The notes below the pieces were generated by a model. It did no database searches, was not told where the DNA came from, and saw nothing but the letters and a program-made list of their open reading frames with translations. The position numbers and the translations under genes are program-made. Below are positions 18,701 to 26,874 of a stretch of DNA of 57,736 nucleotides, piece after piece (position 1 is the stretch's first letter; each line of letters begins with the position of its first letter). Origin of the DNA: an archaeon (GTDB taxonomy: Archaea; Asgardarchaeota; Thorarchaeia; Thorarchaeales; Thorarchaeaceae); NCBI GenBank assembly GCA_024276825.1, contig JAJRWI010000062.1, positions 1 through 57,736 on the forward strand, written 5' to 3'.

Positions 18701-19687
18701 TATCTCCTCCTCCGAAACCATTTGAGATTGCTGAATTATCTCATCGAATGCTTTCTGTGTTGCATTGAGTGTGTCAATGAGGTCATGCAATAATGACTGC
18801 CTAGCCTCAATAAGGTCCTCATCAAGACCATGCAAAAGGCTGATCAAGTCTTCGACAAGCTCCGTTGACCTCTTATGCAATGATGATGAGAGTTTAGAGA
18901 GGGTTTCTTGCACGGACTTGTTTGACTGCTCGAATGATTCTAGAATTACTTGTTTCGTCCTATCAATGAGCGAAGACGCTTTTTCATGAAATGTCTTGAT
19001 CTGAACCGAGGCAGATGTTCTTTCTTCGGAGAGCCAAGACTTGAATTCTGTCAAGGCCTGGTTTGTGTCCTTCACTATTTTTTTCTGACTCTTGTCTAAT
19101 TCCTTCTGTAACATCAAGAGCCCGTCGCCTAGGTCCGAGTCGACATTTTGGTCCAGATTCTCAATAGTTGCAGCAATACGATCTATCACAGAGCCAAGAT
19201 AGTCACTCGCAATGTTTGTGATTTGCATCAGATGGGTGGTGATAGTATTGAGTAAAGAAGACTCATAGTTATCAAGTTCCTGGCGGGCAGCAAGAGTCAT
19301 ACTCTGTTGTTGGGACAGTGTTGCATCTGTTGCCTTGTCAAGCTGCTTCTCGATTCTTGAAGCGGATCTTTTCAAATCCTTTTCTAGTGATAACATCTTC
19401 TTTGAGACATCACGAAGTGGCTCGTCAATGGCCAATCCAGGGGACAATGCAGCATACACAGGAGTGATTCCATCAATGACTTTTACTAGACCCTTTGCTG
19501 CAAGTCGTTTTAGCGCCCGTTCTACCTTGGACAATGGTTCGTCCAGAACGAGAGCAATTCCTCCAGCAGTCATATTGCCACTGTGATAAAGCGGTAGAAT
19601 GACCCGAGATTCTAACTCCGTGACGTTCAAGTTTGCAATCATCTTATTTCTTACTTCAGTAGCTTTTTTCACGCTCATGTTTACCAC
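15779..19687 (-). CDS. TrmB-family protein with ~1100-aa alpha-helical insertion
   Basis: N-terminal wHTH (VTELESRV...TAGGIA...ALKRLAAKGLV...YAALSP); C-terminal TrmB effector-like domain (TWHLAGVEEI...AKESILIS...IDDAEILVG); long amphipathic helical middle nearly devoid of Pro. Confidence 0.8.
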   Translation of the reverse strand: MVNMSVKKATEVRNKMIANLNVTELESRVILPLYHSGNMTAGGIALVLDEPLSKVERALKRLAAKGLVKVIDGITPVYAALSPGLAIDEPLRDVSKKMLSLEKDLKRSASRIEKQLDKATDATLSQQQSMTLAARQELDNYESSLLNTITTHLMQITNIASDYLGSVIDRIAATIENLDQNVDSDLGDGLLMLQKELDKSQKKIVKDTNQALTEFKSWLSEERTSASVQIKTFHEKASSLIDRTKQVILESFEQSNKSVQETLSKLSSSLHKRSTELVEDLISLLHGLDEDLIEARQSLLHDLIDTLNATQKAFDEIIQQSQMVSEEEIEQAKEQLNSFIDISIQTIETVDTWKADAYEYLNNMSRTLNSQVEQISKIDQSFVDTLRTTITGHMDRVNDFVNDYYGVLSSVISTIDDEYSQHLEQTKSSILSKLRDEVAKETQIIEKSIESLQIELNTITKKTSKGMENQLKKNGEEIIDLVLQNTDELATISTNFTNRIKTTVHDVITKTKQSSTKLMSTVINSAEEFESKIDERLNEVISEFSTITSQYSLDAEALYNEFNAKIDAKLTSTIRSLTSHINKTKKSIESVINEKLTVMDDQALTIRDNFHSEIMNITEQLVSLIQSVESTFDTLLTNQLAETRELINSIYSEFKSTMRSESTSLKDYVTKLKQKYVIDIEQHLSNVRDTSQSLSANLDEFAHSGKQEMFVLIRSARDEIEETMQSAQTVLQEVEEVTVKKMGDELSHVLDEFRNNAESTKFNMSERIASITDYSRNSLDKTTRLIIEALESTLSEQSEIRHRSVSDISQNLDQTTAKLTRAWSKKIGEITSSLSETKKDHDATQIATKNELFDIIDERRKETTLAINAASMTIRNLYNGLVSQVDTTCSKLSADMQLTVDKLKETSDAITNTMIERSASNIEQILTIHKTHLERLEGIYKAQENTFAKANLEILQRAQSKINEAPDGFAQDVNLAIDAATSSAANLYDRIRNELSTEVLDIELSTESIVNEFSTALKRISDNMIKGYEDFTEQMHRISLLSNQQVARKFESIGIELKSNLSNRIKTFVETADTKISEIKNELDVAENNATAIANTSTAEFRQKRNEILNRLEESTDKIIRDWATEQKKDIDSIYNQLGDATQSIRASTDSIVGVVKSINEIIDELKPSIIERTWHLAGVEEIRAHIASMAKNAKESILISVTDLKQINVKQLNKAKQASSRILIVPYSDELDPDLSSLTGWRIWQTYNPVLLTVIDDAEILVGGATDDDTAVALISQDKTYLQLYHDVIGPRLIRERIKVS

Positions 19688-19716
19688 CCCAAATTAAGCA
19701 ATCAAGCATGTATCGA

Positions 19717-20529
19717 TCATTGAGACCTTGGCCTGACAAGATCGAATACTCTATTGAAAAGCATGATCAGATTTCTAACCGGTAATGATGAGTAGTCATT
19801 ATCCAATATGATTTCAATCTCAATACTGGTATTATCATTGTGAGAGTCCAGTCGGAACGATTCAAATGCTTCTGATAGAAAGCTGCGAAGGTCCTTGCTA
19901 GTGCGTTCGGTCATCTTTATTGGTATGTCAAACCTTAGGACCCACCAGTTCAATGTATGGGCCTTTACTTCTGCATTAAGATCGTAGTATTTGTTAAGGA
20001 CTTCCACATATAACTCAAAGAGTTCAAACCTGTTGATGCCAACCTCAGAAGGGTTGAGCACAACAATTCCTCGTGTGAAGTCAAAATGGAAAATATACTC
20101 ATCTGCAGCCACAAGCATGATGTTATGTCTTCGAACCATTGCATAAGGAGCCCATTCATTCTTGAACTTTGCATTGAACTGGCGTATTGAACTCATTTTT
20201 AGCGCAGAAAGGAGATCCTTGATAGGAATACGCCTATCAAGAAGTCTGCTTCCCTTCTTGGCAAGTACATATCTACTAATCCTGTTGCAATATTGTTGAA
20301 AGCAATACTGAGGAAGGTCCTGATTCTCAACACCAAGTTCAATAAGAGCATTCAGAAAATTGCGGTCCTTGCAAGCTGGTCGAATTGTGCATTGAAGGCG
20401 GCTCTCTTGACATTCTTGACACTTTTTCTGATGAAGCTCCATCATCTCTTTGGCCAATTGAAGGTTTGCTGTGCCGTTAAGAACACTCATCCTCTGTGCA
20501 AGTTCTCGATTGTGTCTTACAAGTTCCAT
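19717..20529 (-). CDS. Hypothetical protein with N-terminal Cys cluster
   Basis: CQECQESRLQCTIRPAC...YC; start placed at MELVRHN. Confidence 0.7.
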   Translation of the reverse strand: MELVRHNRELAQRMSVLNGTANLQLAKEMMELHQKKCQECQESRLQCTIRPACKDRNFLNALIELGVENQDLPQYCFQQYCNRISRYVLAKKGSRLLDRRIPIKDLLSALKMSSIRQFNAKFKNEWAPYAMVRRHNIMLVAADEYIFHFDFTRGIVVLNPSEVGINRFELFELYVEVLNKYYDLNAEVKAHTLNWWVLRFDIPIKMTERTSKDLRSFLSEAFESFRLDSHNDNTSIEIEIILDNDYSSLPVRNLIMLFNRVFDLVRPRSQ

Positions 20530-20681
20530 GATTATTCTCAACCCAGACTGAATGCAGATTTGGCGGTCCAATGCTTTGAAAGTATGATTATGCTTGTTCG
20601 AAATGGACCATCATCTTGGACAATAAGAGAGGATACTTTTCAAGGAAATAAACTTATTCAAGTGTTGAACTATTATATTGT

Positions 20682-21764
20682 TCAACTATCAGATATCTCT
20701 TTGAGCTTTTTCTTCCATTCGCGAATTTCTTTGTGAAGACGGGTAATATCATTCTCATTTAGGGTTGCAGTTGGAGGATATGACTTCAGTTCGCGAGCAC
20801 GTTTTCCAAACTGAAAAAGCACGGGAGTTGTTTCAGTGATCAGTGTGGTAAGTTTGTCGCGTACGCGTTCCAATGCCTCTGCCATCTTGATTGCCTCAGT
20901 ACGAGATGAGACCATTGCCAGAAGACTGTCCATCAATTCATCTATTGTTGAGGGCATTGCATCAAGATCTGCTGCTGGCGTTGTCACAACGGGTTTGGTC
21001 TTTGCAGGAGCTGCTTCAGAAATTGTTTCAGGAGATGCTGAGGGCAGTTCTTTGACGACTTTTGTAATGGAATCAACAGCAGTGTTTATCTCCTCAAGAG
21101 CCTTGTTGTATTTTCGCTCAAGATCATCAAGTTGCCTTACAATAATGCTGACAATTTCCTTTGTTTCTTCAAAGCTCTGTGAGAGGTCTGTAATCTTGTC
21201 TTCAAGACCAGACAGACTTGCAACATATTGCTGAAGATCATCAATCTTCTTCAGAATGAGATCGGTGTCATCACTCTCAGAGAGTGCTTTAATCGCTGAG
21301 TGGAGTGCGGTGATTGATGTCAGGGATTCATCAATCTTTGTGGATATTTCTTCATTGTCCGTTGACCCCTCAATTTCTTTTAATGTGGAACTGATGGACT
21401 TGATCGCTTTGAGAACCCCATCAATCCTATCAGTAACTGCAGAGGTGTCAGCACTGGCCTTTACATCCTTTAGTTCCTTAGTAACCTCCGCAATTGATTT
21501 TGTGATTCCTTCTACTTTCTTTAAAAGGATATCAATATCTTTGCCTTTGGCTAGGCCCTCAATCGCAGAAACAGGAGAAACAGTTTCCTTGACATCCTTG
21601 ACACTCTTGTATAGACTCTCAATATTATCAGATATCTTTGGGATTGATGAGATATCCTTGATTGATGTCTTGAGAGATGAGACCTCATCAGCAATCTTAT
21701 CGACTGTCTTTAGTATCTTTTCTAATAAGGGGTCTTTTTCCGAACTCATATACTCCGTCCCCAA
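20682..21764 (-). CDS. Coiled-coil protein with Pro/Ala linker and C-terminal helical bundle
   Basis: Heptad-rich first ~240 aa, PSASPETISEAAPAKTKP linker, helical C-domain ending EIREWKKKL. Confidence 0.75.
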   Translation of the reverse strand: MGTEYMSSEKDPLLEKILKTVDKIADEVSSLKTSIKDISSIPKISDNIESLYKSVKDVKETVSPVSAIEGLAKGKDIDILLKKVEGITKSIAEVTKELKDVKASADTSAVTDRIDGVLKAIKSISSTLKEIEGSTDNEEISTKIDESLTSITALHSAIKALSESDDTDLILKKIDDLQQYVASLSGLEDKITDLSQSFEETKEIVSIIVRQLDDLERKYNKALEEINTAVDSITKVVKELPSASPETISEAAPAKTKPVVTTPAADLDAMPSTIDELMDSLLAMVSSRTEAIKMAEALERVRDKLTTLITETTPVLFQFGKRARELKSYPPTATLNENDITRLHKEIREWKKKLKEISDS

Positions 21765-21827
21765 TGGCAGCTAGATGCAGACAAACGTTGGCGAGTAATT
21801 TATGTTTCGATTATGAATACAGGATGT

Positions 21828-22658
21828 TTATTGATTAAGATACTTTTTGACCTTTAAATATTCAATGCCAAGTTCATCAAGTATTGGGAATAATCGAGCC
21901 TTTTGATCTGCGTTTGTGCCTTTCCAGTCAATCAGAGCTAAACGCACTCTCTCTCTCGCCCTGTTTATCATCTGAGATACTGTATCCATTGCTATTGAAT
22001 CTAACGCATGTTTGGGCGCAATATGACCAATTAGGCCACTTTCTTCGAGGACCACTCTGTTGAACTTGCTGGCATAGTGATTTCCGCCAAAACCAATCAG
22101 AGCCTCTTTCTTGATGGGTGCACTCAGACATTTCATAACAGCCGCTGCGACACAAGCTGCACCTTCTCTGTCTTTCCAATGGGACTCATCACTACCAAGT
22201 TCAACAAATAGCAAAGGAGTGTTCATTGATGTTGGACCATGATGTGTGACTTCCATAGTGACATCATAGTCCTTTAGATCCCGTTCCTCCCGTTGTCTGT
22301 GCAGTTCTTGTAATGCGACTCCAACGAGCGATCCTACCGATACGGACAGTTGCCTTGGATTCCCGCCATAAGAGTTATCAGCACCAAAGTTGCCTGTGCT
22401 ATGAACAAGGAGCGCAGGACGCCCTGATTGTGACCTATGCCTTGAACAATAGATAAAGACTTCTGACTCGAAATGTTCTTCGAGGTGTCCAGTAAAGATC
22501 AGATCATTCTCTGTGGTGATTAGTTCTGTCTTTCCATTAGAATAGATGGGAGACCCCTCAAATGTCTGCCCTGTGTCCTCAAAGTTGTACTCTTCAATTA
22601 GTGTGTCACGAATTGTCAGGCTTGCTATGTCCTTCAATGATGTGATTAAATGTCTCAT
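21828..22658 (-). CDS. dtdA: D-aminoacyl-tRNA deacylase, archaeal DTD2 type
   Basis: SRHRS, LVHSTGN, EVTHHGPT, FVELGS, GFGGNHY, IDWKG. Confidence 0.93.
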   Translation of the reverse strand: MRHLITSLKDIASLTIRDTLIEEYNFEDTGQTFEGSPIYSNGKTELITTENDLIFTGHLEEHFESEVFIYCSRHRSQSGRPALLVHSTGNFGADNSYGGNPRQLSVSVGSLVGVALQELHRQREERDLKDYDVTMEVTHHGPTSMNTPLLFVELGSDESHWKDREGAACVAAAVMKCLSAPIKKEALIGFGGNHYASKFNRVVLEESGLIGHIAPKHALDSIAMDTVSQMINRARERVRLALIDWKGTNADQKARLFPILDELGIEYLKVKKYLNQ

Positions 22659-22670
22659 TGACCAGCCCCA

Positions 22671-23903
22671 TTAAAACTCACATTTTGCAAGTAATGGTTT
22701 AAGTCCCAAGTCTTCGATTTTTATTTTGATAGACTCCTCGAATGAGTCCCTGATCTCCGACTCAATCCTCTGCTTGAACTCCTCTACCTTCTCAATGCGT
22801 TTGTTGATCTCATCACGAATTCGAAGTAAGTCGTTTTTGTGATATTCAAGATTCTTACGAGCCTCCTCCAACTGCTCAGACAGTTCTTCGTGGCGGGCAT
22901 ATACATCAGAACCAGCGAAGTTCTTGCGCTTGGAGATTACATCTTTTGCCATGGCCTGCAGCTCATCAAGGGCACCATTTCGGATTGCCTCAATCTCTTC
23001 AATTGTGCGTCTGGCAAGACGGTCCTTCAACTTCAGTCTGCCTGACTCAATTGCCTTTTGAAGTCCTGTAAGACCCTCCATCAGAGCTGGGAGCCCATCT
23101 GGTTCTTCAACTATTGCACTGAATGGGTCTTCAAAATAGTCGGTCAGTGCTCTCTGTCCAGCAGGACCAATTCTCACACCCGTGTCTTGTTGTAGCAGTT
23201 TCTTCACCGGCTTCTTCAAAATGTTCAGTTTCATTCTTAGTAATGATGCAATTCTTTCTGCCTCTTCGTCCAAGTTCAAGATCTCTGAAACATTCGAAGA
23301 CTCTATGAAGGTGTCATAAGCATTCTTTGCTGACTTGTATTCTTCCTGAGCATGCTCAATCTTTATCCGCACTTGCCGGATCTGCTCCTCGAAAATCTCT
23401 TTACCATGGGTAAGATCTCGAAGAGTTTCGATTCTAGACCCAATGCGTTCAAGGTCCTTGACCCAATTGAACTCGTAGAGAAGTTTTGCAATCCTTTTCA
23501 TCTCACGTGAGAGTTCCTTCATGTAAGTATCAAGGGCCTTTATTGTTGACTTGTGTCGTTTGTCCATCCTACGTATCCAACGGGCACCAGCACCCCATAA
23601 TTCTTGGATAAATCGCTGAATTTCATCTTGCATGATTTCAGTGTTTGAGTAGGTCACATCGTTGCGGAGTTCGAAATTCTGCACAATCTCACTGATTTTT
23701 TGTGCAAATCTAGTTGCAATACCCTCATTTTCCATATCCTCATCACTAGATTCTTTCAGTTCATGAGCTATTAGTTCAATGTCTTTTAGAGTTCTCTCCA
23801 CCACTTTGTAACTCTTCTCGGCTTGCTTTACGAACTCCTTTGATTTCTTACTCAGGCGTTTCCGGTACCATTTCTGAAGCTGGTCAATTGTCAATTCAGT
23901 CAT
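22671..23903 (-). CDS. Long alpha-helical/coiled-coil hypothetical protein
   Basis: Charged helical 410-aa ORF with no Walker motifs; start at MTELT. Confidence 0.75.
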   Translation of the reverse strand: MTELTIDQLQKWYRKRLSKKSKEFVKQAEKSYKVVERTLKDIELIAHELKESSDEDMENEGIATRFAQKISEIVQNFELRNDVTYSNTEIMQDEIQRFIQELWGAGARWIRRMDKRHKSTIKALDTYMKELSREMKRIAKLLYEFNWVKDLERIGSRIETLRDLTHGKEIFEEQIRQVRIKIEHAQEEYKSAKNAYDTFIESSNVSEILNLDEEAERIASLLRMKLNILKKPVKKLLQQDTGVRIGPAGQRALTDYFEDPFSAIVEEPDGLPALMEGLTGLQKAIESGRLKLKDRLARRTIEEIEAIRNGALDELQAMAKDVISKRKNFAGSDVYARHEELSEQLEEARKNLEYHKNDLLRIRDEINKRIEKVEEFKQRIESEIRDSFEESIKIKIEDLGLKPLLAKCEF

Positions 23904-24006
23904 TATAACGACACACTCAAATGCTAGTCGCACAATATGAAGCGATTTATCAAGTTTGCTCCAAATCTTGCAACCTTAATGTTTTGGTTCAATGCATTTC
24001 ATCGTA

Positions 24007-24014
24007 TTTATAAA
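24007..24014 (+). promoter_or_regulatory. TATA box of the putative selenoprotein gene
   Basis: TTTATAAA about 33 nt upstream of ATG 24047. Confidence 0.5.
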
Positions 24015-24046
24015 ACTCGGATTATGAATACATCACGGGATTGACT

Positions 24047-24850
24047 ATGTATGAAACATTAGATACTGGACGTCGAAGACCCAGACTGGACATGACCTAT
24101 TCGGTCGAATGTTCATCATGAGGAAGAGGTCGCAAAGGGTTCTACATCAAGCGTCTGAGCCTAGTTGATTCTGATGGAGTGGATCGTCTGTTGCTAAGAA
24201 ATCCCACAAGTTACAAGGGAGGGTTTTGGTTCTCCTATTTATTCGATGACTATGTGCAGACGGTACAGTCAATGGAGGGCAAGACAATAGAGGTCTGTAG
24301 CACAAATACCAAGAAGAACAAGTTGACTGTGGTTCTGGAACATGTTCCAAGAGGATACAGGCATTCCGTTGTTCAGTTCACTCTTGAAATCTGGAGCTAC
24401 AACCAGCCCATCATGTTGATGCGTCATAAGACTAAGAACATCTGGCGGGACAAGATTGTAGATGCCAAGTTGTATAATATTATGGACTTTGACATCGGGG
24501 GTCCAAGAAGCTACAAGGACGATTATGGAGAGTATGACATACAATCGAGTGTTATGACTCTCTACGACAACAACCCGCTGTGCGTCTGCATGACTTCTAG
24601 GCCCAAGCCACACAGATGGGACATTTTACCTCCGGCTAAGATTAAGATTGATGAGAACCGACGCGACCTAAATAATGGAGTTTCTCTGGGACCCAAGGAT
24701 GTTGCATCTGCCCTACAATGGGACTTAGGAAACCTTGAGCCTGGTGATGAACGGTCCGTGGAGATGGTAGTTGTTGCATCAGGAACAAGGGAGAATTCAT
24801 CAGAACTCCTGGAGAAAGCATGGGAACTCTTTGACAAGAAGATGCAATGA
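24047..24850 (+). CDS. Putative selenoprotein (267 aa, C22-S-S-U25) with beta-rich C-terminal domain
   Basis: ORF 24179-24850 extends in frame upstream through a single TGA (24119-24121) to ATG 24047: MYETLDTGRRRPRLDMTYSVECSS-U-GRGRKGFYIKRLSLVDSDGVDRLLL; CxxU motif; SECIS-like hairpin at the 3' end. Confidence 0.78.
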
Positions 24851-24918
24851 TGGGAATCGTTAAACCATTGGGATTCTCTGAGCCGAGGGTAGCACCTGGG
24901 TTCTTGTCAAGAGCTCCC
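24822..24918 (+). promoter_or_regulatory. Eukaryote/Asgard-type SECIS-like element
   Basis: AUGA (24847-50), GGGAAUC pairing with GAUUCUC, AAA 11 nt after AUGA, 3' UGAG (24879-82); long basal stem GGGAACUCUUUGACAAGAA / UUCUUGUCAAGAGCUCCC. Confidence 0.72.
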
Positions 24919-24939
24919 TAATTTGTTGTTTTAAGCTCA

Positions 24940-25347
24940 TTATCTTATCACACATGGGGTCTTGCAAGAGTTCCGTAGATGTGTGACAAGCATTATTCCG
25001 GGCTCGGTCATCTCAGCCTTGACTCCTTTGTTGTTCTCATTGCCACCCTTGACAAGCCCGAGCCGGATCAACTCCCTAAGGTTCCATTTCACTGTACTAT
25101 AGGGAAGACCGCTTTTCCTAGAAACTTGGTCTGCCAGTCCCGTGATTGTGTAGCTGTCATACTTTAGCATTTGCGCACATGAACACAGAACTGTCTTCTG
25201 TGTCCTGCTTAGCTTTGTTTCTGCAAACACAAGGAATGTGTTGACCAAAGTCTCAAAAAATTGCCATGAAGAATTCAGTTCGTTCTCTTCGCGAGCCTTA
25301 TACCCACTGGAGAACAAGTCCACCTCGTGAGTGGATTTGACACTCAC
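24940..25347 (-). CDS. Winged-helix DNA-binding protein
   Basis: LSRTQKTVL...TITGLADQVSRKSGLPYSTVKWNLRELIRLGLVKGG...AEMTEPG; start uncertain. Confidence 0.75.
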   Translation of the reverse strand: MSVKSTHEVDLFSSGYKAREENELNSSWQFFETLVNTFLVFAETKLSRTQKTVLCSCAQMLKYDSYTITGLADQVSRKSGLPYSTVKWNLRELIRLGLVKGGNENNKGVKAEMTEPGIMLVTHLRNSCKTPCVIR

Positions 25348-25472
25348 CTTTTGAATGAGTGACCCGACATTGATGGGTGTCGGATGTACTATCTGTACCC
25401 ATTGCGTTTTTCACCTCTCATTAATTGGGTCATGTGCAGAATGTGTCGTTTCTACTTAAATCTATGCAAGAA

Positions 25473-25964
25473 TTATGACTCGCTGGGTATCTCGAAACCT
25501 GCACTGCTTAATTGAGCAAATCCCTTTGAATAAAGGCTCATATGATGTCTGATGTCCTCTTCGATTTCTATCAGTTCGCTGAGGTGGGGGACAATCTCAT
25601 CCAGGCCACCACTCTTGTACTCTTCAATCATCACACTAAACACATCACTCATCTTCAGCATGATGTCTTCAATCACATGATTCAGATCTATCATCGACCG
25701 CACGGTCCTAATGGAGTCCATATCGGGCATGAAGGGCACAAAGTCCTCAAGGGCGACTCCTGCCATGCGACAATGATCCACACGACTAGGGATTATTTCA
25801 TCACGCATGTGATACATCCAGCCAAGGCGCTCTTTATCAGTAAGAGTACGCAGGTTCTCAATCGAAAAATAGCCTGTCCAAGGACCAAACTCTGAACTCT
25901 CATACTCAATCCAGTCTTCAAAGGCTCTGAGGACGCGCCTCCATTCCTCTTCGTGCTCAGTCAT
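25473..25964 (-). CDS. Hypothetical helical protein
   Basis: Acidic helical-bundle-like ORF starting at MTEHEEEW; the upstream extension looks non-coding. Confidence 0.65.
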   Translation of the reverse strand: MTEHEEEWRRVLRAFEDWIEYESSEFGPWTGYFSIENLRTLTDKERLGWMYHMRDEIIPSRVDHCRMAGVALEDFVPFMPDMDSIRTVRSMIDLNHVIEDIMLKMSDVFSVMIEEYKSGGLDEIVPHLSELIEIEEDIRHHMSLYSKGFAQLSSAGFEIPSES

Positions 25965-26004
25965 TTTTCTCTCGCTTTTATTGATACAGTACTCGTTATA
26001 AACT

Positions 26005-26133
26005 AAGGTTGTATAAGAATAGTAAGTTTCAGAAGTGGAAAAGTTGTACAAGGTTGTCAGGTTAGTCAGAATTGGAGTCATGGCAAAAAGACTTGATGTT
26101 TCCACTTCCACTCTCAGAAGATGAGAACGCTGA
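26005..26133 (+). mobile_element. Decayed IS607-like fragment (short direct repeats plus MerR-type HTH of TnpA broken by stops)
   Basis: Frame from 26044 reads LYKVVRLVRIGVMAKRLDVSTSTLRR*ER*, resembling RIGEAAKLLGVSxxTLRRWE; AAGGTTGTA / AAGTTGTAC / AAGGTTGTC repeats upstream. Confidence 0.5.
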
Positions 26134-26197
26134 TCCTTGTTTAGGCGGTTCATCTTCTAATGACAAGTTTGAATAAGTCCAGGTCGTCAGCAAGGCA

Positions 26198-26869
26198 ATG
26201 CAAATGGAAAGGATTGCGAGAATTGTGGAACTGCTACGTAAGACAAGGGAAGACCCCCGAATTAAACAGATTGAAGAGGGGTATAGAAGGGTTCTCGAAG
26301 AAGAGAGAATATCATCCAATGAAAATGGAGTATGGATCATTAAGCGTGAGCATAGGATACAACTAGCCATTAGAGCAATTGAGCTTGGCGCTTCCCCTGA
26401 ACGGGTAATCAAGGAACTCACATGGAAGGACTTTGAAGGACTGATAGCTTCAATACTCCAAGCCAATGGATTTCGCTGTATCCAGAGCTTTCGAAGACGT
26501 GGGGATGGCAGCAATCGTGGAATGGAGATTGATGTGATTGGAGTCAGAGGACATCGAATACTCTCGATTGATGCAAAGATGTGGGGTGTACGTTCTGGAA
26601 AGAGTTCTGCGCTTCAAGCGGCAGCCGAGAAGCAAGTAGAGAGGTCAAAGCGTCTGGCAAATGATCTTCATGCTCTACGTGAGAGAATGGGACATTTGAA
26701 TGAAGGCAGATATGATATAATACCAGTACTCACAACATGGCTGATTGAGGATATCGAGTTTCACGAGGGTGTTCCGATAGTGCCAGTGTTCAAGTTCAAC
26801 ACTTTTGTTCTACAACTCGAGGAGTTTGAGGACATGCTATTTAGAGTGAACACAAATCTGCACGACTAA
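26198..26869 (+). CDS. PD-(D/E)xK nuclease domain protein (Mrr_cat/NERD-like)
   Basis: LTWKDFEGLIASILQANGF, EIDVIG, IDAKMW. Confidence 0.8.
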   Translation: MQMERIARIVELLRKTREDPRIKQIEEGYRRVLEEERISSNENGVWIIKREHRIQLAIRAIELGASPERVIKELTWKDFEGLIASILQANGFRCIQSFRRRGDGSNRGMEIDVIGVRGHRILSIDAKMWGVRSGKSSALQAAAEKQVERSKRLANDLHALRERMGHLNEGRYDIIPVLTTWLIEDIEFHEGVPIVPVFKFNTFVLQLEEFEDMLFRVNTNLHD

Positions 26870-26874
26870 TGGTT

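Noticed and set aside
15779-23903. SMC/Rad50 or chemoreceptor calls for the coiled-coil proteins
   Set aside because: No Walker A/B, signature, hinge, zinc-hook or MCP hairpin motifs
24848-24850. Readthrough of the terminal TGA of the putative selenoprotein
   Set aside because: It lies inside the SECIS core, too close to be recoded, and the frame meets TAA a few codons later
26122-26133. In-frame TGA codons in the HTH-like fragment as possible selenocysteine
   Set aside because: The first TGA sits at a conserved Trp position with no Cys context, a second stop follows, and no SECIS-like structure is seen; decay explains it better
26198-26869. Restriction or anti-phage defence system
   Set aside because: Solitary Mrr/NERD-like nuclease with no methylase, ATPase or other defence genes nearby
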